Shown here piece by piece: positions 1 through 15,439 of a stretch of DNA of 64,000 nucleotides (position 1 is the stretch's first letter; every line of letters starts with the position of its first letter). The notes under the pieces are model-generated. The model did not search any database, was not told where the DNA came from, and worked only from the letters and a program-made list of their open reading frames with translations. A program made the translations under genes and the position numbers. This DNA is from Chrysomallon squamiferum (lineage: Eukaryota > Animalia > Mollusca): the NCBI GenBank assembly GCA_012295275.1, contig CM022674.1, positions 2,976,001 to 3,040,000 of the forward strand, read 5' to 3'.

Positions 1-429
1 TAGGTCTGTTAGCCGAACTCTCGGGCGTGAAATACGAGTGATATGTGCCCAGACGTACGTTGTTTTTTCATAGTGATATTACTCCGTTATTAACAGTCTG
101 ACGGCATTGTAATAATATTTATACGGATTCTGATAGACAGGAGAAAGACCACTGGTGAATGTTACAGTACGACTCGGGTTTGTATTAGAATTAGTTGTTG
201 TTAATCTTCATTGTCGTCGTCGTCATTATGATTATCATCACGTTTCATCGTCATTATTATTATTATTATCGTCATAATTATTTATTTAGTTTAGTTTAGT
301 TTAGTTGTTATTGTTATTATTATTATTAGTAGTAGTAGTAGTTGTAGTACTAGTAGTAGTAGTAATAGTATACAGCTGTACATCGTTTTAGTATTTCTAA
401 ACAGAACTAATCATAATATTAAGGAAAAT

Positions 430-558
<129 letters not shown>

Positions 559-1343
559 TGAGAGAACATATATAATGCACACAGATCCATACACACACAA
601 GCACAGACACACACACACACATGCACACAAAACAGACATTTCCTTTCATATCATATTTATCCACACACAATCCTGTGTTCCGCATATTATACACATTTCT
701 AAACAGCACATGGCTATTTTTTTTTTCTTCCAGTCTAAATTAAAAAAGTACAGAAGAAACTCGCATCTCGTTAACTGTTTCAAACCCTCAGAACGAAAAG
801 GACAGTCAGAAACACATATAACGAAATACGAGCCATGCAATATCGTTCTGCAGAATCATCATCTACTACAGTGATTCTAGAATCGAACAGTCATTAATAT
901 CGGTGCTGGTTTCTGACGCTCTAACCCGCGAATGAGGAAATCTAATCATACCAGTGAACGGCTTGTAGGAGGCATTGTATTTATAAAGTGTAAGATCACA
1001 CGGAATTAGTATGTGCTGTTTAGTTAGGTCCAGAACGGTCGTTTTCTGTTTTAAGTTTATTTTTAAGCACGAAAAGTGCGTAACTAAGTACGTTGCATTA
1101 CTACTGCGTTAGAAATCTTGATAATATTTTTATTAATATAATGTTTTGGTTACAGAATTAACACATCACTTTTCTTTTCTTTCTTTTTTTTATATATATA
1201 TTTAATATGATAAATTAAATGATGCTAATATTCTGTGATATTAAAGTATTTCTAATTTTATGGAATCATTAGTAACATTTCTGAAACAATTATTCATCAC
1301 AGAATTAACTTTCTGAAACATTGATCTACGACGTATCTGCTGC

Positions 1344-1705
1344 TTGTTTCACTGGTTCGTTGGTACACTGGCTGTTTCATTGGTTGTTTCACTGGTTCGT
1401 TGGTACACTGGCTGTTTCATTGATTGTTTCATTGGTTCGTTGGTACACTGGCTGTTTCACTGGTTCGTTGGTACACTGGCTGTTTCATTGGTTGTTTCAT
1501 TGGTTCGTTGGTACACTGGCTGTTTCATTGGTTGTTTCATTGGTTCGTTGGTACAGTGGCTGTTTCACTGATTCGTTGGTACATTGGTTGTTTGATTGGT
1601 TCGTTGGTACACTGGCTGTTTCACTGATTCGTTGGTACATTGCCTGTTTCATTGATTCGTTGGTACACTGGCTGTTTCTTTGGTTGTTTCACTGGTTCGT
1701 TGGTT
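1344..1705. repeat. Minisatellite built from a 28-bp unit (GTTTCACTGGTTCGTTGGTACACTGGCT) with optional 12-bp GTTTCATTGGTT inserts, ~11 units
   Basis: Direct reading: 28-bp and 40-bp periods are interspersed. Confidence 0.9.
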
Positions 1706-1931
1706 CACTAGTTACCTCATTTCCTGATTTTTTTTCTTAGTTGACAGTGTGGTACATTAGCTGATTGTTCTTTTTTTTTTTTCTTAATTATTTTTTAAAT
1801 TTTATTTATTTATTTTTTGTTTTTTTACTAAATACGCTTGTTTTCACTCGCCAAATGTTTGTCTTGCCTGCTACTTGATTAGCGTATGTAGCCAGTTTTA
1901 CTTTTTAAAACTTTTAAAAGTATTGCTATTA

Positions 1932-1962
<31 letters not shown>

Positions 1963-2207
1963 CTTTTTTCTAAATGTTGCAAAGCTTCAGGGAATCGCGG
2001 ATATTACTGCTGTCATATTGTTATTGATCAAATCTTATTTTCTGTCTTTTTGACAGCTAGAGGGTTCAGGAAATTATTTCTCCCACTCGACTACAGCAAC
2101 AAAAAAAAAACCTTACACAGAAAATGAGAACATGTGAGTGCGTGGGCGGGTCCGGAATCATTCTCTCACGATGTCTGTGCGTGTGTGCGTGCGTGCATGT
2201 GTGTGTA

Positions 2208-2240
<33 letters not shown>

Positions 2241-2935
2241 ACACACACACACGGAGAGAGACAGATATATAGAAAGATAGAATAGATAGATAGATAAATT
2301 CATAGATAAACGGATAAACAGACAGACATATAGACAAACGTATAGATAAAGATACCGACTGACCGACAGCCAGACGGACAGACAGGCAGACACACAAACA
2401 TACATACAGACAGATAAATGTATATACAGACAGACATAATCATTAGACCGAAATTGCAGTGAAACTATTCTGAGGACATCTGCTTCCAATCAATTTTTTT
2501 TTATCTGCAAAATTTTTTTTTTTCTTTTCTGATCTGTCGAAAACAAAACTGCTTCCACGTGATTATCTGACATTTATAGCCGTTAAATAAAGAGCAAAAA
2601 AATAAAGTACACTAAAATAATGATAAAATAAAAAAAAATAAAAAATTGGATTAAAAAACAAAACCCTGAAATGTTCCATTTGTCATGGTTAATGTTGTTA
2701 TGCAATACCCTAAGCGTCAGATGCTGCTTTTGTTAATAACTGAATGCGAAGTCGGTTGTTAAGTGATACGGAGCGAGACCATTTCTCCTTGGCGGATCCG
2801 TTGATCTATTTCCAGTTCTAATTAGAGCTCAAAGGATCAACTTACGGAGACCTACGTCATTCATGTTCTTGAATATTTGCCTGGTAATCGTTCCGGACTC
2901 GAACGAAGACTGATCGAATTCATCTGGTTACGAAA

Positions 2936-2973
<38 letters not shown>

Positions 2974-3234
2974 AACTACAGCAAATATAAAAATGAATGA
3001 ATGAATAAATAAAGAAATAAACAGATAGACAAACGAAAAAACAAACAAACAAACAAATAAATAAACAAACAAACAAACAAACAAAAAGTCATTACCTGAA
3101 AGAGAACATCTCTAAGGACAATTTTGAGCCAGAAGTTATGTAAATAATAAAAAATAAAAAACTTTATTTTTACAATTTCATTCATTTGTTTGGTCAAAGA
3201 GTTAAAATAATCAGTCATAGATATATATATATAA

Positions 3235-3277
<43 letters not shown>

Positions 3278-4180
3278 ATAGACAGAGAAAAACACAAAAA
3301 GGCAGACAGACAGATAAATAGATAGACAGACAAATAAATGGATAAAATGATAGATAGATAGATATAGATAAATAAACAGATATATAGATATATAGACAGA
3401 TAAATATATAGATAGGTAGATAGAGATAGATGGATAGATAGAAATATAGATAAATAGACAGAGAAAATTCGATATATCAATAAATAAATAAATAACTAAA
3501 TAAATAAATAGATAAATAAATAAATAAATAGATAAATAGATAAATAAATAAATAAATAGATAAATAAATAAGTTAATTATCAGTCGTATGTCGAGTATTT
3601 TGAGAGGAACATCACAGTCAAGGAGGCAGACGGAAACACAGACAAATTCATTATCGACAAGAGCAACAAAACGCGCAACAATTTCCGAACACAATTTCTC
3701 ACGGAATATTTGTGAAACACTTCTTGTATGGTGAAAATCATGTAGATCTTATCTACATACTCAATGACAGACGACTGGGAGAAATCACAGGGTTGTACAA
3801 ACTAATTATGAATAAATCTACTGTGCATATATATATATTTGTTCATAGCTAATCCATTTTAGCCACTGAATTAATGGTATTTGTATCAATAAAGTGATGA
3901 ATTTATATTAATTTTGTTTTGATTTTTTTTTTTTTTTTTTTTTTGGTGGGGTGGGGGGTGAAACTGTAAACACAAGAAAGCCGCTATTTGTCCATTCTTG
4001 ACGAGAGAAACCATATGGATTTGTCACTTCGATCGATGGGAGTTTTGTTAACTTGGTGCATTTGTAATGTGGAAAAAGCTATTTTCAAACGTAACAAATA
4101 ATGGTTTTAGTACTAAATAATTTGATGTGTTTATATCTCAGTCTACAGAGGGAAAGATAGACAGACAGACAGACAGAGAA

Positions 4181-4445
<265 letters not shown>

Positions 4446-5048
4446 AACAGACGAACAGGAAAATGTTTGTTGTTAATAATGGGACAGTTCATTATCATAA
4501 TGTCAGAGAAACAAATACAGCTGTCAGACGAAAAAAATGTTTGTTATCAGAATTTATCAGAATTTAAAATGTAGCTGTCGGTGAAATCTGTTAGTTATCA
4601 GAATTTATCAGAGTTTAATGTAGCATAGATTTTTTGTTGTTGTTTAAACCAACAAATGCTTTACATGACCTCATAGACTGGAAATCAAACACACGTTAGT
4701 TAATCTCTGTTTGTAAGAGACACTCTCACACAGGTATTTGTTACATCTCAGTCTCCATGTTTCCATGTACAGCACATAAAAATTAGATATAACTCTCCAA
4801 CATCTGTGCTAGTTTATTATCTGCTGTGCAATGTTTTCTACAATGTCAGTCTTGACGAGTTACGTGTGTCAGAAACCTGACTTCACCATAATTATTATTT
4901 TTATTAGATTTGAGACAGATACTTTGTCGGTAACGATATAAAAAGGGAACGTAATGGGATGCCACAGAATATAATTATATTCGTTTCTACAATCTTTGAG
5001 TGTAGCACATCTGTTGATGTGTTTAATAAATGAATGCTTTAATTTAAC

Positions 5049-5132
5049 CAGTCAGACTTTGGTTTAAATATATATATATATAGCGTTCGTAATTTTGTAC
5101 TATTTGGAAATTATATTTGATATCTATATCTA

Positions 5133-5183
<51 letters not shown>

Positions 5184-5253
5184 ATCTATATCTATCTATA
5201 TATCTATCTATCTATATATATAAACCAAAGTCTGACTGATAGATAGATAGATA
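5049..5253. repeat. Perfect 18-bp inverted repeat flanking a (CTAT)n tract
   Basis: CAGTCAGACTTTGGTTTA (5049-5066) and TAAACCAAAGTCTGACTG (5221-5238). Both have (TA)n on the inner side. Confidence 0.9.
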
Positions 5254-6009
5254 GTGGGTTAATGGTTATGCTGACATATATTTCTGTTTAAATAAGAATT
5301 TTACTGGGATATCGCCATATATTTTGTATATGTTAACACATTAGCATAATACAACGTTATTCTATTTTAACTACTACGAAACAGAACAGGGATAACGTTC
5401 TGCAGTCCTATCCCCTTGCTAGTCCCCGATATAACGTCATTTTCATCAACTGTCTAACATGGCTAACCATGACGTCATGCAACGACTTCCACGTGCGCGT
5501 TCCGGAATCATTACAGCACTGGGTTTTGGGGTGGGTTTTTTTACTACGTAATACGACTGGGAGTGACGCCCTGCAAGCTCCTCCCTCTTCCCCTTCGGGA
5601 CTGTCACAGAACCATTATAATGCAGTTCTTCTTCGACTGCATCACCATTTCTGTAACTGACGGCAAAATAAGAATTTTCTTTTTTTTTTTTTTTTTTTTT
5701 TTTTTTCTTTTTCTTTCTTTCTTTCTTTCTTTGAGAATTTGTTCCAGTGAATCGGCACTTTACCACTTGCAATCATATCTTATAAATTCATTTCCTGGAT
5801 TGGATGTGTATCCTCTGGGCAAGAAACTCGAGTCGTCTTCCCAGTTCTCATGCAGACCAAAGAAAAGCGATTAATATTTAATTGAATAGCTCGGCACTTA
5901 GCAGAGCATTGATTCTGACATGTTGTACCAACACGAGCGAGTGATTGAATTCGAATAATGCTATTAATGAAGATAAAAAAATTATAATAATGAAAAAAAA
6001 TTTAATAAT

Positions 6010-6091
<82 letters not shown>

Positions 6092-6789
6092 AAGACAAAT
6101 GCTGACAGACCATGCATGTTTGCGATCGAAAGAAAAGATGATAAACGATACAAAAAAAAAGTACAACAAAGAAAAAATTAAATAAAATTGGCAAGCAGGC
6201 AGACCGACAGACATAGATAGATGGAAAATACGAATAAGATAATTAAACAATTCTAATACGAGAGAAAGACTTAGACGTAGACAGAAATATATATCATACA
6301 GATACTGAAAACACACACCTTAAACACACATTAACACAAACGGAAAACAGAAGAAGACAAGCAGAAATTAAACACAGGCTTAAAGGGGCCGACATACGAA
6401 TTTAAACTTTCGAAATGGAACAGCTGCAAGCAGAAATAAATTTACTGTTCGCTGACAACTCTTCGCAATTTCTGTCTTCAATGCTGCGTTGGTATTGACA
6501 GAAGCAGCATTTAGTGCTATCGTTTGTCACAGGCCAGAGAAAAATATTGGCCTCGCTGCGTGCATTTGAAAAACAAGTGAAGACAGGTTGAAAGCTCAAG
6601 GCTTATGAAAAGAACATCTAACGAACAGTCGTCTTTTTGGTGATCAACAATAATTAAAAAAAAAAAGTATGAGGAGGCAGAAAAATCTAAATCAATCTGT
6701 CAGTCAATATTTAAAGGTAATTTATCAGTCTTTAATATCAGCGACGATTGTGTGCCAAACAATACGAAAGTTTCGTATGCGGTGATGGT

Positions 6790-6955
6790 TTCAGAGACAA
6801 AAATTTGCCGCATGAATTATTTTCAATGATTAGCAGTAATGTGATTTTAATATGCACCTTCTCATAAACCAGAAGCCAGGATAAGAGATAAGTCAGTCGT
6901 GTGATGCTTGCTGTATAGGAAACTAGTCTGAGAATAACGTCGAATCATCGACCGA
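6790..6955 (-). mobile_element. Degenerate SINE fragment (Meta/MESC-domain-like mollusc SINE)
   Basis: attagcag...ttaatatgcaccttctcata (6829-6866) aligns with attagcag...ttaacatgcaccctctcaca (52325-52362). Its reverse complement resembles the GTGCATATAAAAGATCCCTTGCTGCTAAT core I recall from gastropod SINEs (not database-checked). Confidence 0.45.
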
Positions 6956-8536
6956 CATTAATCTTTATGACTGAATTTTTATTTGTTTCATTATTATAAT
7001 CCGCAATGGCCATATAGACAAGAAGACCGTTGTTATATCAAGGCTTGACTGATAATATAAATATAAATATATAGATGAAGTTGTGTATGTATTTTTCTAT
7101 ATATGAGAAATATAATTATTCTTAATTTAACTTCAGACGATCCGTTGTAGATAAAAAATATAGATTTTGTATTTACTGTTCAAGAAAAAATAAAATAAAA
7201 TAAAATAAAAATCAGGTAATTTATATTTCTTGACGTTTGAAGCACATTATTCACATATCTACGAAAAATTAAGACGTAACATTTTGGACATTTATTGGTA
7301 ACAAACAACATTACAGCTGTCGAAGATACTTTCATTCTTTCCTACACAGAATATATATTATATTTAAACATTATTAACATCATTTTATTTTGGGACAAAC
7401 GTTTTAGGACAGTTTGTTTTGTAAAACTGCAGCGGATTCGATTCCGTTCATGCCTTTTCTCGACCTTGGATGGACACTTCTTATGTCAGTGACTGGACCT
7501 GATTCGCGATGATCCTTTGACGGATCAGCCAAAAGACGATCCTTTCAGCATTAACTCATTTGTCGACTTTAAGAAGAACAACACAGATTTATGTCTAAAA
7601 ATACGTTGTTATAGATAACCACCCTTGAAAGGCAAGATGGCTTGAAACCACTGATACAGTGCGTTCTAAGACTGTGAACAGTACAAATAGGTGTTTTTCT
7701 TCAAATCATATCGACAGATATTGAGCTCTAATGTGCAGGAAAATACTTCAACAAGATTTCTAAATATTAAAAAAAGAAAAAAAAAAAAAAAAAAAAATGT
7801 TCCTCAAGTGTTTGACCTCTTTCCTTGTTAATGCATCGGTAAACAAAAGAAGAGAAAATAGCAACACGACGCAATGAAATCATCAGACGTCTTCGTCCTT
7901 GAAAATCGGAAAGAGGTCGCCGCCATGTTTTGTCGTTTTCTGTTTTCACTGGTGAAGATCTTCAAAGAAAAGATAACGCCGCGGACTGTTTACTTGTTAA
8001 CTATGTAAAAAATGCGACATGATTTCGCTAGTGTTTAATAATGTTACCCGATCAGTATCGAGCTGTTGTATTTGACTTTCATTAAACAGTCTGCTTTCCT
8101 GATTGAATTGCAGATTATATTTCACGATTCAGTCGGATACGAAATGATGACTGCTAATATATTTAAAACAGTAAAAAAAAAAAAAAAAAAACAGAATCTT
8201 GGATTATTTAAAGATGAAACTTTTATGAAGTTCTAGTCTGAATAAATAAGTCAACTTTGCTCCAGAGTTTTTTCACCATTATGGATATTCAAGCGAACAT
8301 ATTTTTTCCAGTCTCGTAAGAAGTGATATTAAAATGAGGCTTATAGAAGAAAAACGTGTTTCGATATTCTGGGTCATATTCATTATTTATTTTTCTTCTT
8401 TCTCTGCATTTTCGCTCAGGAATATTCAGTTATTGTCAAGAATTTTTTGTAACTTTGAAAGTTCAACATGAAATTAACCATTTGATATTAACTTAAAAAT
8501 AATAAGTAAATAAGTAAATAAATAAATAAACAAACA

Positions 8537-8598
<62 letters not shown>

Positions 8599-9860
8599 TA
8601 ATAGTGATGATGATGATGATGTTGATAAAGATAAATGATTTAACAAAACAGAACTGGTAAAAAAGTATACAATGACATTTTATAAAAAATTTGAAAATGT
8701 CAGGATAAATATATTTTCCTTGTGTCACTCAAGAATTAAAGGGGAAAAAAACAAAAGAAACAAACAGGAAACGATAATAAATCCTTATTATAATTTATTT
8801 TTTTACAAGAAAAAATATTTTAATTCATTTCAATAATCCATTTTATTTAGTCATTTAAATAATAATAACAGAAAACAACATTAATAATAAGACAACATAA
8901 CTACAGTAGTAGTAGTAGTAGCAGCAGCAGCAGTAGTAGTAGTAGTAGTAGCAGCAGCAGTAGCAGTGGTTTTAGTAGTAATAATAATAATAACAATAAT
9001 AATAATAATAACAATTATAGCAATAACACCACCAACGACAACGACAAAAACAACAGTAATAATGTCGTAGAAGTAGTGATAGCAGTGATAGTAATATTCG
9101 TATAATAACAGGAAACTAAAAAAAACATTAATCAAATAAACACGTAAACAAACAAACAAACAAACAAACAAACAAACAAACAAGCAAACAAAACAAAACA
9201 AACAAACAAATAACCTAGATGCTGGACACACCTTCATTAATACTCCTAACAGATATTTCAGATTCACAAACGAGAAACAAAATAATTAACAGAGAAATCT
9301 TGGCTCTTGGCCATTTTTAACTCCAATGGCGATCAAGCAGTGCATTAAATCAGTTTCCCCAAAGTTATAAAACAAGATACAAGAAGCACTGAACAAAGCC
9401 ACAGCTTATACGTTAGACCTGTGATTTGAAATGTAAATGCATCGACCGTCAGTTTTGTTTTATTGACCAGTTTCCCTGTTCGCTTATCACTCACGGAAAT
9501 GTGTACATTATAAGTAAATTTTCTTTTACATATGCGCTTCATAAAACGAGAAAGAGAGAGAAGGGGTTAAAAAAAAAAAAAAATGAGCTTAAGAGGCATG
9601 ACGAAGGGATTTTTGTTCCTGTTTTGTTATAGATATTAATCCTAGGATTATGCAGGGATTTGCTAGTCCTCTGTCATTTCCAGATATAAGTAAATCAAAT
9701 CTAAAGGGATTTCACGTGATGTAAATAGACAGTCTATAGATTTGTGCATTAACAAATGCGACACTTTCTGACAGAAGTGACATGCTTCGGGAAAACAAGA
9801 AAAAAAAAAAAAAAAACGTAAACGCATGACGAAGAGATTTTTGTTTCTGTTTTTCTTCTT

Positions 9861-9891
<31 letters not shown>

Positions 9892-11046
9892 TTATTATTA
9901 TTATTATTATTATTATATTTAATGTCCAAAGAGATAATCAGAGATACATTTTGAAGGTCTTGTTTGGTGCATTTTTGTCCTTTTTATTTTTATTTTTTTA
10001 TTTTTATTATTATTATTTTTTTATTGTTGTTGGTGTTGTTTTGTTTGTTGTTGGTTTTTTTTTCAATAGATTATCCAGTGTCTGAAATCACCGCGAACAG
10101 TGAAGACTGGTTTGTTCTGAAATATCTGCTAGCATTAGAAACGTATAGCCAGGAATGTGATGACGTCACGACTTTTATGTGACGTAAAGGTTATTGTCAT
10201 ACTTCTGATGTTGATGGTGATGATGACAATAAATTACAAAAAATAAAATAAAATAAAATAATGAATGAATGAATAAATAAATAAATGAAAAAACAAAGCC
10301 GAACATTAACGTGAAACTTAATCACACTGGATATCAGCATTAATGTTTGAAATAACACTCGTACTAATTAACATACCAAGTTGTCATAGGAACATCGTTA
10401 CAGAATAATCAAACAATCGTCATCATTTTTCACTATTACTACGTCATAATCTACTTATCTGGGATCTACGGCTGTGTTGTAGTGGGGTGGTTAGAGCGTC
10501 CGCGTTAGGACTGACTAACTGCAAAACAAAACAAAAATAATAATTCTCATGAATGCTTTTATTATTACACCTATTCTGTTTACTGCATTTTACTGTTTTC
10601 ACGAATTAAACTGCTTCTTCTCCAGTTATATCTGAATCGTTTACAAAAGGAGTCTTGCTGGACTCTGTCAACACAGATCCTGTTCTAATCAAAGGTTTTA
10701 TTCATAGAAAAATTTCTCTTAATCACGTCGCGAGAGGTGATTTGTACAGCATCGCTCGTCCGCGAAATTTCTTTTAAGAAAACAGCGGAAATTATAATCA
10801 GCGAAAGGAACTCTTAATTAGCAGGCGTTTTAATTAACGAGCAGACGGACTGTGATTAGTGAAACAAGTGTGATGTTTTGTTGGAGCGTTTTGTTTACTC
10901 GCTGAGAAAGACTCAGTTGCTGCCGTTTCACTGGAATGTATGTATTTATTATTTATATGTATGTCTGTCTATCTCTCTATCTATCTAACTATCTATCTGT
11001 GTCTCTATATCTCTATTTGACTGACTATATCTGTTTATCTATGTAC

Positions 11047-11132
<86 letters not shown>

Positions 11133-11228
11133 TCCCTCTCCCTCTCCCTCTCCCTCCCCCTCTCCCTCCCCTCCCTCCCTCTCTCATAATTACGAACAAA
11201 CAAACACATACAGAGACCTGCATATTTG

Positions 11229-11261
<33 letters not shown>

Positions 11262-11419
11262 CTGTATGTTAATTTGATTTATTTTCGTGTATTCAGACTA
11301 GCTGTGGTTAATGTACGAGAAGGCCCTCGGCTCAGACCACGATGTCCTGTGATGACCTAACAAACATCACACGCAGCTGACTTGTACTGGCACCCAGTCC
11401 GTGCACCGGCAAAATAACG

Positions 11420-11727
<308 letters not shown>

Positions 11728-11996
11728 AAACTAATACCAAACAAATAAGTATAGTACACGAACTGACAAAGCTTCTCATTATTCACAGTCTCATCCTTTT
11801 ATCCTGACTTCTCTCCATACGGTTAAAAACGTATTCTGATGTATTTATAACAGTCACTTCTAAATACCATGTAACATGACAAACATGATGTAATATAAAT
11901 TACATTATACAAACACTCACAGACACACAAACACTCGAGTATATACATATAAAAACAGACGTTAAGGACTTTGGGAATTATTATTATTATTATTAT

Positions 11997-12084
<88 letters not shown>

Positions 12085-13236
12085 GTTATTATTAGTATTT
12101 CTAAAGTAGCTGACAGCTGATGAACCACCCACTTTTAAAATTAGTCTTCATCGTATATCATTTCAAACGAGAGCAGTAAACATCGCTGTACTCCTTGAAA
12201 CCTCACCATCAATAAACTTCACTTGTTTACGATACCAAATCCACCATCAAAAAAAAAAAAAAAAAGTGTAAAGAAACCAACAGAAAACAATTCTAGTATA
12301 ACTAGCTCACATTACATTACAGATAACAACATCTGACAGTGAAAAAAAAAGGGTTAAAACATTTTTTTTTTTCTCGTATCGTTAAATAAAGAACACGTTG
12401 CCTTCTTGCATACGGGACACGTCAGCAATCCGAAATGAGCGCTCGAGTTATTTTGACCGGGTCGGACAAACCATTACTGATTGTTTTTGACTGCTAACGT
12501 AGCATAGCGTCTGTGCCTCTGTTGACGGTTCCTGCGACAACGTTGATTAAAAACTATCAGCCTCCTGTTTACGGCCTCATGTTGATTCACGGAAAATTGC
12601 TTTCCTATCTGCGGTGGGAAACCTGGGATCATTATTCATTATTGGCGGAATTTACCTAAACCGAAGAAAACGCTTTGTTTATGTCAGTTAACTGTTATTA
12701 TTTTTTTTTTAAATATTTGTTTTTGTTGCTGTTATGTCTACTAGTGTTTTTTTTTTTTTTTTTTTTTTTCTTCTTTTGTTTCACTTTCGTCTCCTGTTTT
12801 TGCTTGTTCACAATACTGATATATTGTCAAAAAAAAAAAAAAAAAAATAATAATAATATTAATCGATAATAATAATAAAAAATAATAATAATAATTCAGA
12901 TTATTAACACATTTTCTTTCTCTGTCTGATGTTTCTGCCTCTGATTACGATGGTTTAACGTCTGCTATCGGTCACAATCACACGCAAACCCTTTTTGAGC
13001 TTTTACCACTCGACATCGATTTTATTGTGTTGTTCCAATATTTGTCTTACTCAGTTTATAAAGGTTTTCTGCCGTCAGATTTAGTTAGGTATCAAAATTA
13101 ACCTTTGATAGTTATGAAAATCGCAATATATCCGAAATTTCGTTTTTAATAATGAACGTATATTGTTGTTATTTGTTGTTGTTGTTATTGTTATTTTGAT
13201 CGTTATTATTTATTTATTTATTTTAATATTTGTTGA

Positions 13237-13269
<33 letters not shown>

Positions 13270-13368
13270 GTTGTTGTTGTTGTTGTTGTTATATATAATG
13301 TTGTTGTTGATTTATTACATATGAACACACACACATGTAGGCTAAGTGACTGAATTTGATTAATGCTG

Positions 13369-13408
<40 letters not shown>

Positions 13409-13496
13409 TATTATTATTATTCACTCATGCTGCTGCTACTACTACTACGACTACTGTTACAAGTACTACCATTATCATTTTATTAGTAGTAGTAGT

Positions 13497-13528
<32 letters not shown>

Positions 13529-13611
13529 CAGCAGCAGCAGCAGTAGTAGCTGTAGTAGTATACGGATTTTTTGCTGCTATCGTCGCCGTTGATAATTATT
13601 AATTCTACCGT

Positions 13612-13653
<42 letters not shown>

Positions 13654-14410
13654 AGACAGTCGTCGACGTTGACTGAATTTACAACAGCACGTGCGACGAC
13701 AGCATCGCGGCTACTGCTGCCAGTTTCTTTACGTCTCGTGTCGACGACGGTCACGCGGTACACTTCATCTCACTCAGCACGTTTTACTCAAGCTGGCCGT
13801 TCAGTCTCGGAATTTTCAGCTGCGTCTGTTTTACGACTTCGCTTGTTCTCGTAACATCACGTTTTCCCCCCGCAAACCACGACTGTCTTGTCTCTGTCGT
13901 CCCTGCATTGTGGTTTATCTGGTAAAACACACGCAAACTGATGTTGTCGTCGTTTTTTTATGGTTTTTTTCCCAGTCAATAAGACTGCGTATTAAATATA
14001 TTTATCACGTTCTGTCTTGTTTTAAAGTCACGTCCGAGCCAGTTCACTACGGTCGTTTTGTTGGCAAAGGACGTATTTTTTCCTGTCTATGGTTAGGCGA
14101 ATATATAATGTTTCTATACTGCTAATCGATTAAATTCTATCGATAACGAGCTTCTATGATTTCTAATTTAAAAAAAAAAGAAAACAAAAATTAATTTGAC
14201 GTTATTACAATAATATTACATTATAATCAGTACAATAATGCCACAGTGAAAAAGTGCTTAGTGCTTCATTAAGGAAATTGTCTTCTTATTATTATTATTT
14301 GTTTTTGTTGTTGTTGTTTGTGTTGTTGTTGTTGTCGTTGTTGTTCTTTTTTTATTTCTTTTTCATCTTCTTCTTCAGGGTTACGAACGAATTCAAATCT
14401 TAATAAATCT

Positions 14411-14528
<118 letters not shown>

Positions 14529-15439
14529 TCTGGCAATCGGTCTTGTTTATTCTAGGTTTATTATTATTATTATCATTTATTATGCATTTATTTTATTTTA
14601 TTTTTTATGGGTCTTTTCTCCCAACATCATTTTAAAACTTGCATGTTCTTATTTTTTTCAAAGCTGTTCAAACAATCGGAATTTGATGAACCGGATTTCT
14701 TCTGGTATTTATCTGTAGTATAAACATGCAGAACTTTAAGTCCGAAATTATTTAAACACTGACAAAAGTCTTAATCAGTAGTTTAATACATCTATATAGA
14801 CTGGTATACAGTTACTTGAAAAAAAAAAGATTGATGAAAAAAGGCGTAACAGATTTGGCGTAACAGTCGACAAAATGAAATAATCTAATTTTGTGTTTGT
14901 TATCATCATCATCATCATCACTGCGATCATTATCTTATCACCATCATTACGATCATTATCTTATCATCATCATCATCATCATCATGACCATGAAGACCAT
15001 CATCATCTCATTAACGTGTTTAGTTTGGAAACCGCTTATAAACCATAATTCCTTCAACGTTCGTGATCGCTTCTTACTCCTCCAGATAAACAGGCGGTTT
15101 TTCATTAACCCCGCGTTGAGAAATAAACCGCCAAATTAACTGAGCATGCGTGACGTCTGCTCGAAAATTCACTTACAGTCCGTGTCGTCTGCTTGCGTTA
15201 CCAAGAAAGGCCGAGAAGAGATCCTCCCGTTAGACTTTTACGACCGTTTCACTCGAGTTTGCTGGGGCCATTATTTTATTGTCCGTTGACCGCTGCCGGT
15301 CATTATCAAAATTGAATACTGGACGCTGGTCAGTAAGCAGACACTTAGTGGTAATGAAATAGATGACGAACGGTACTGGCGTATTTGCCGGCGTATTTGT
15401 TAAGATGGCTTCCGTACATCACAACGTTACTTACACGAA

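Noticed and set aside
890-1090. Possible second SINE family remnant (..gtgtaagatcac..taagcacgaaaa), and A-box-like stretches at ~10480 and ~19517
   Set aside because: The similarity is too short and from memory only, so it cannot be supported without a search.
1344-1705. CRISPR-like appearance of the 28-bp repeats (also 48009-48545)
   Set aside because: There are no unique spacers and no cas genes, and the context is eukaryotic. They are plain minisatellites.
4519-4624. ~51-bp imperfect tandem duplication (gttatcagaatttatcag x2)
   Set aside because: It is real but an ordinary small local duplication with no further signal.
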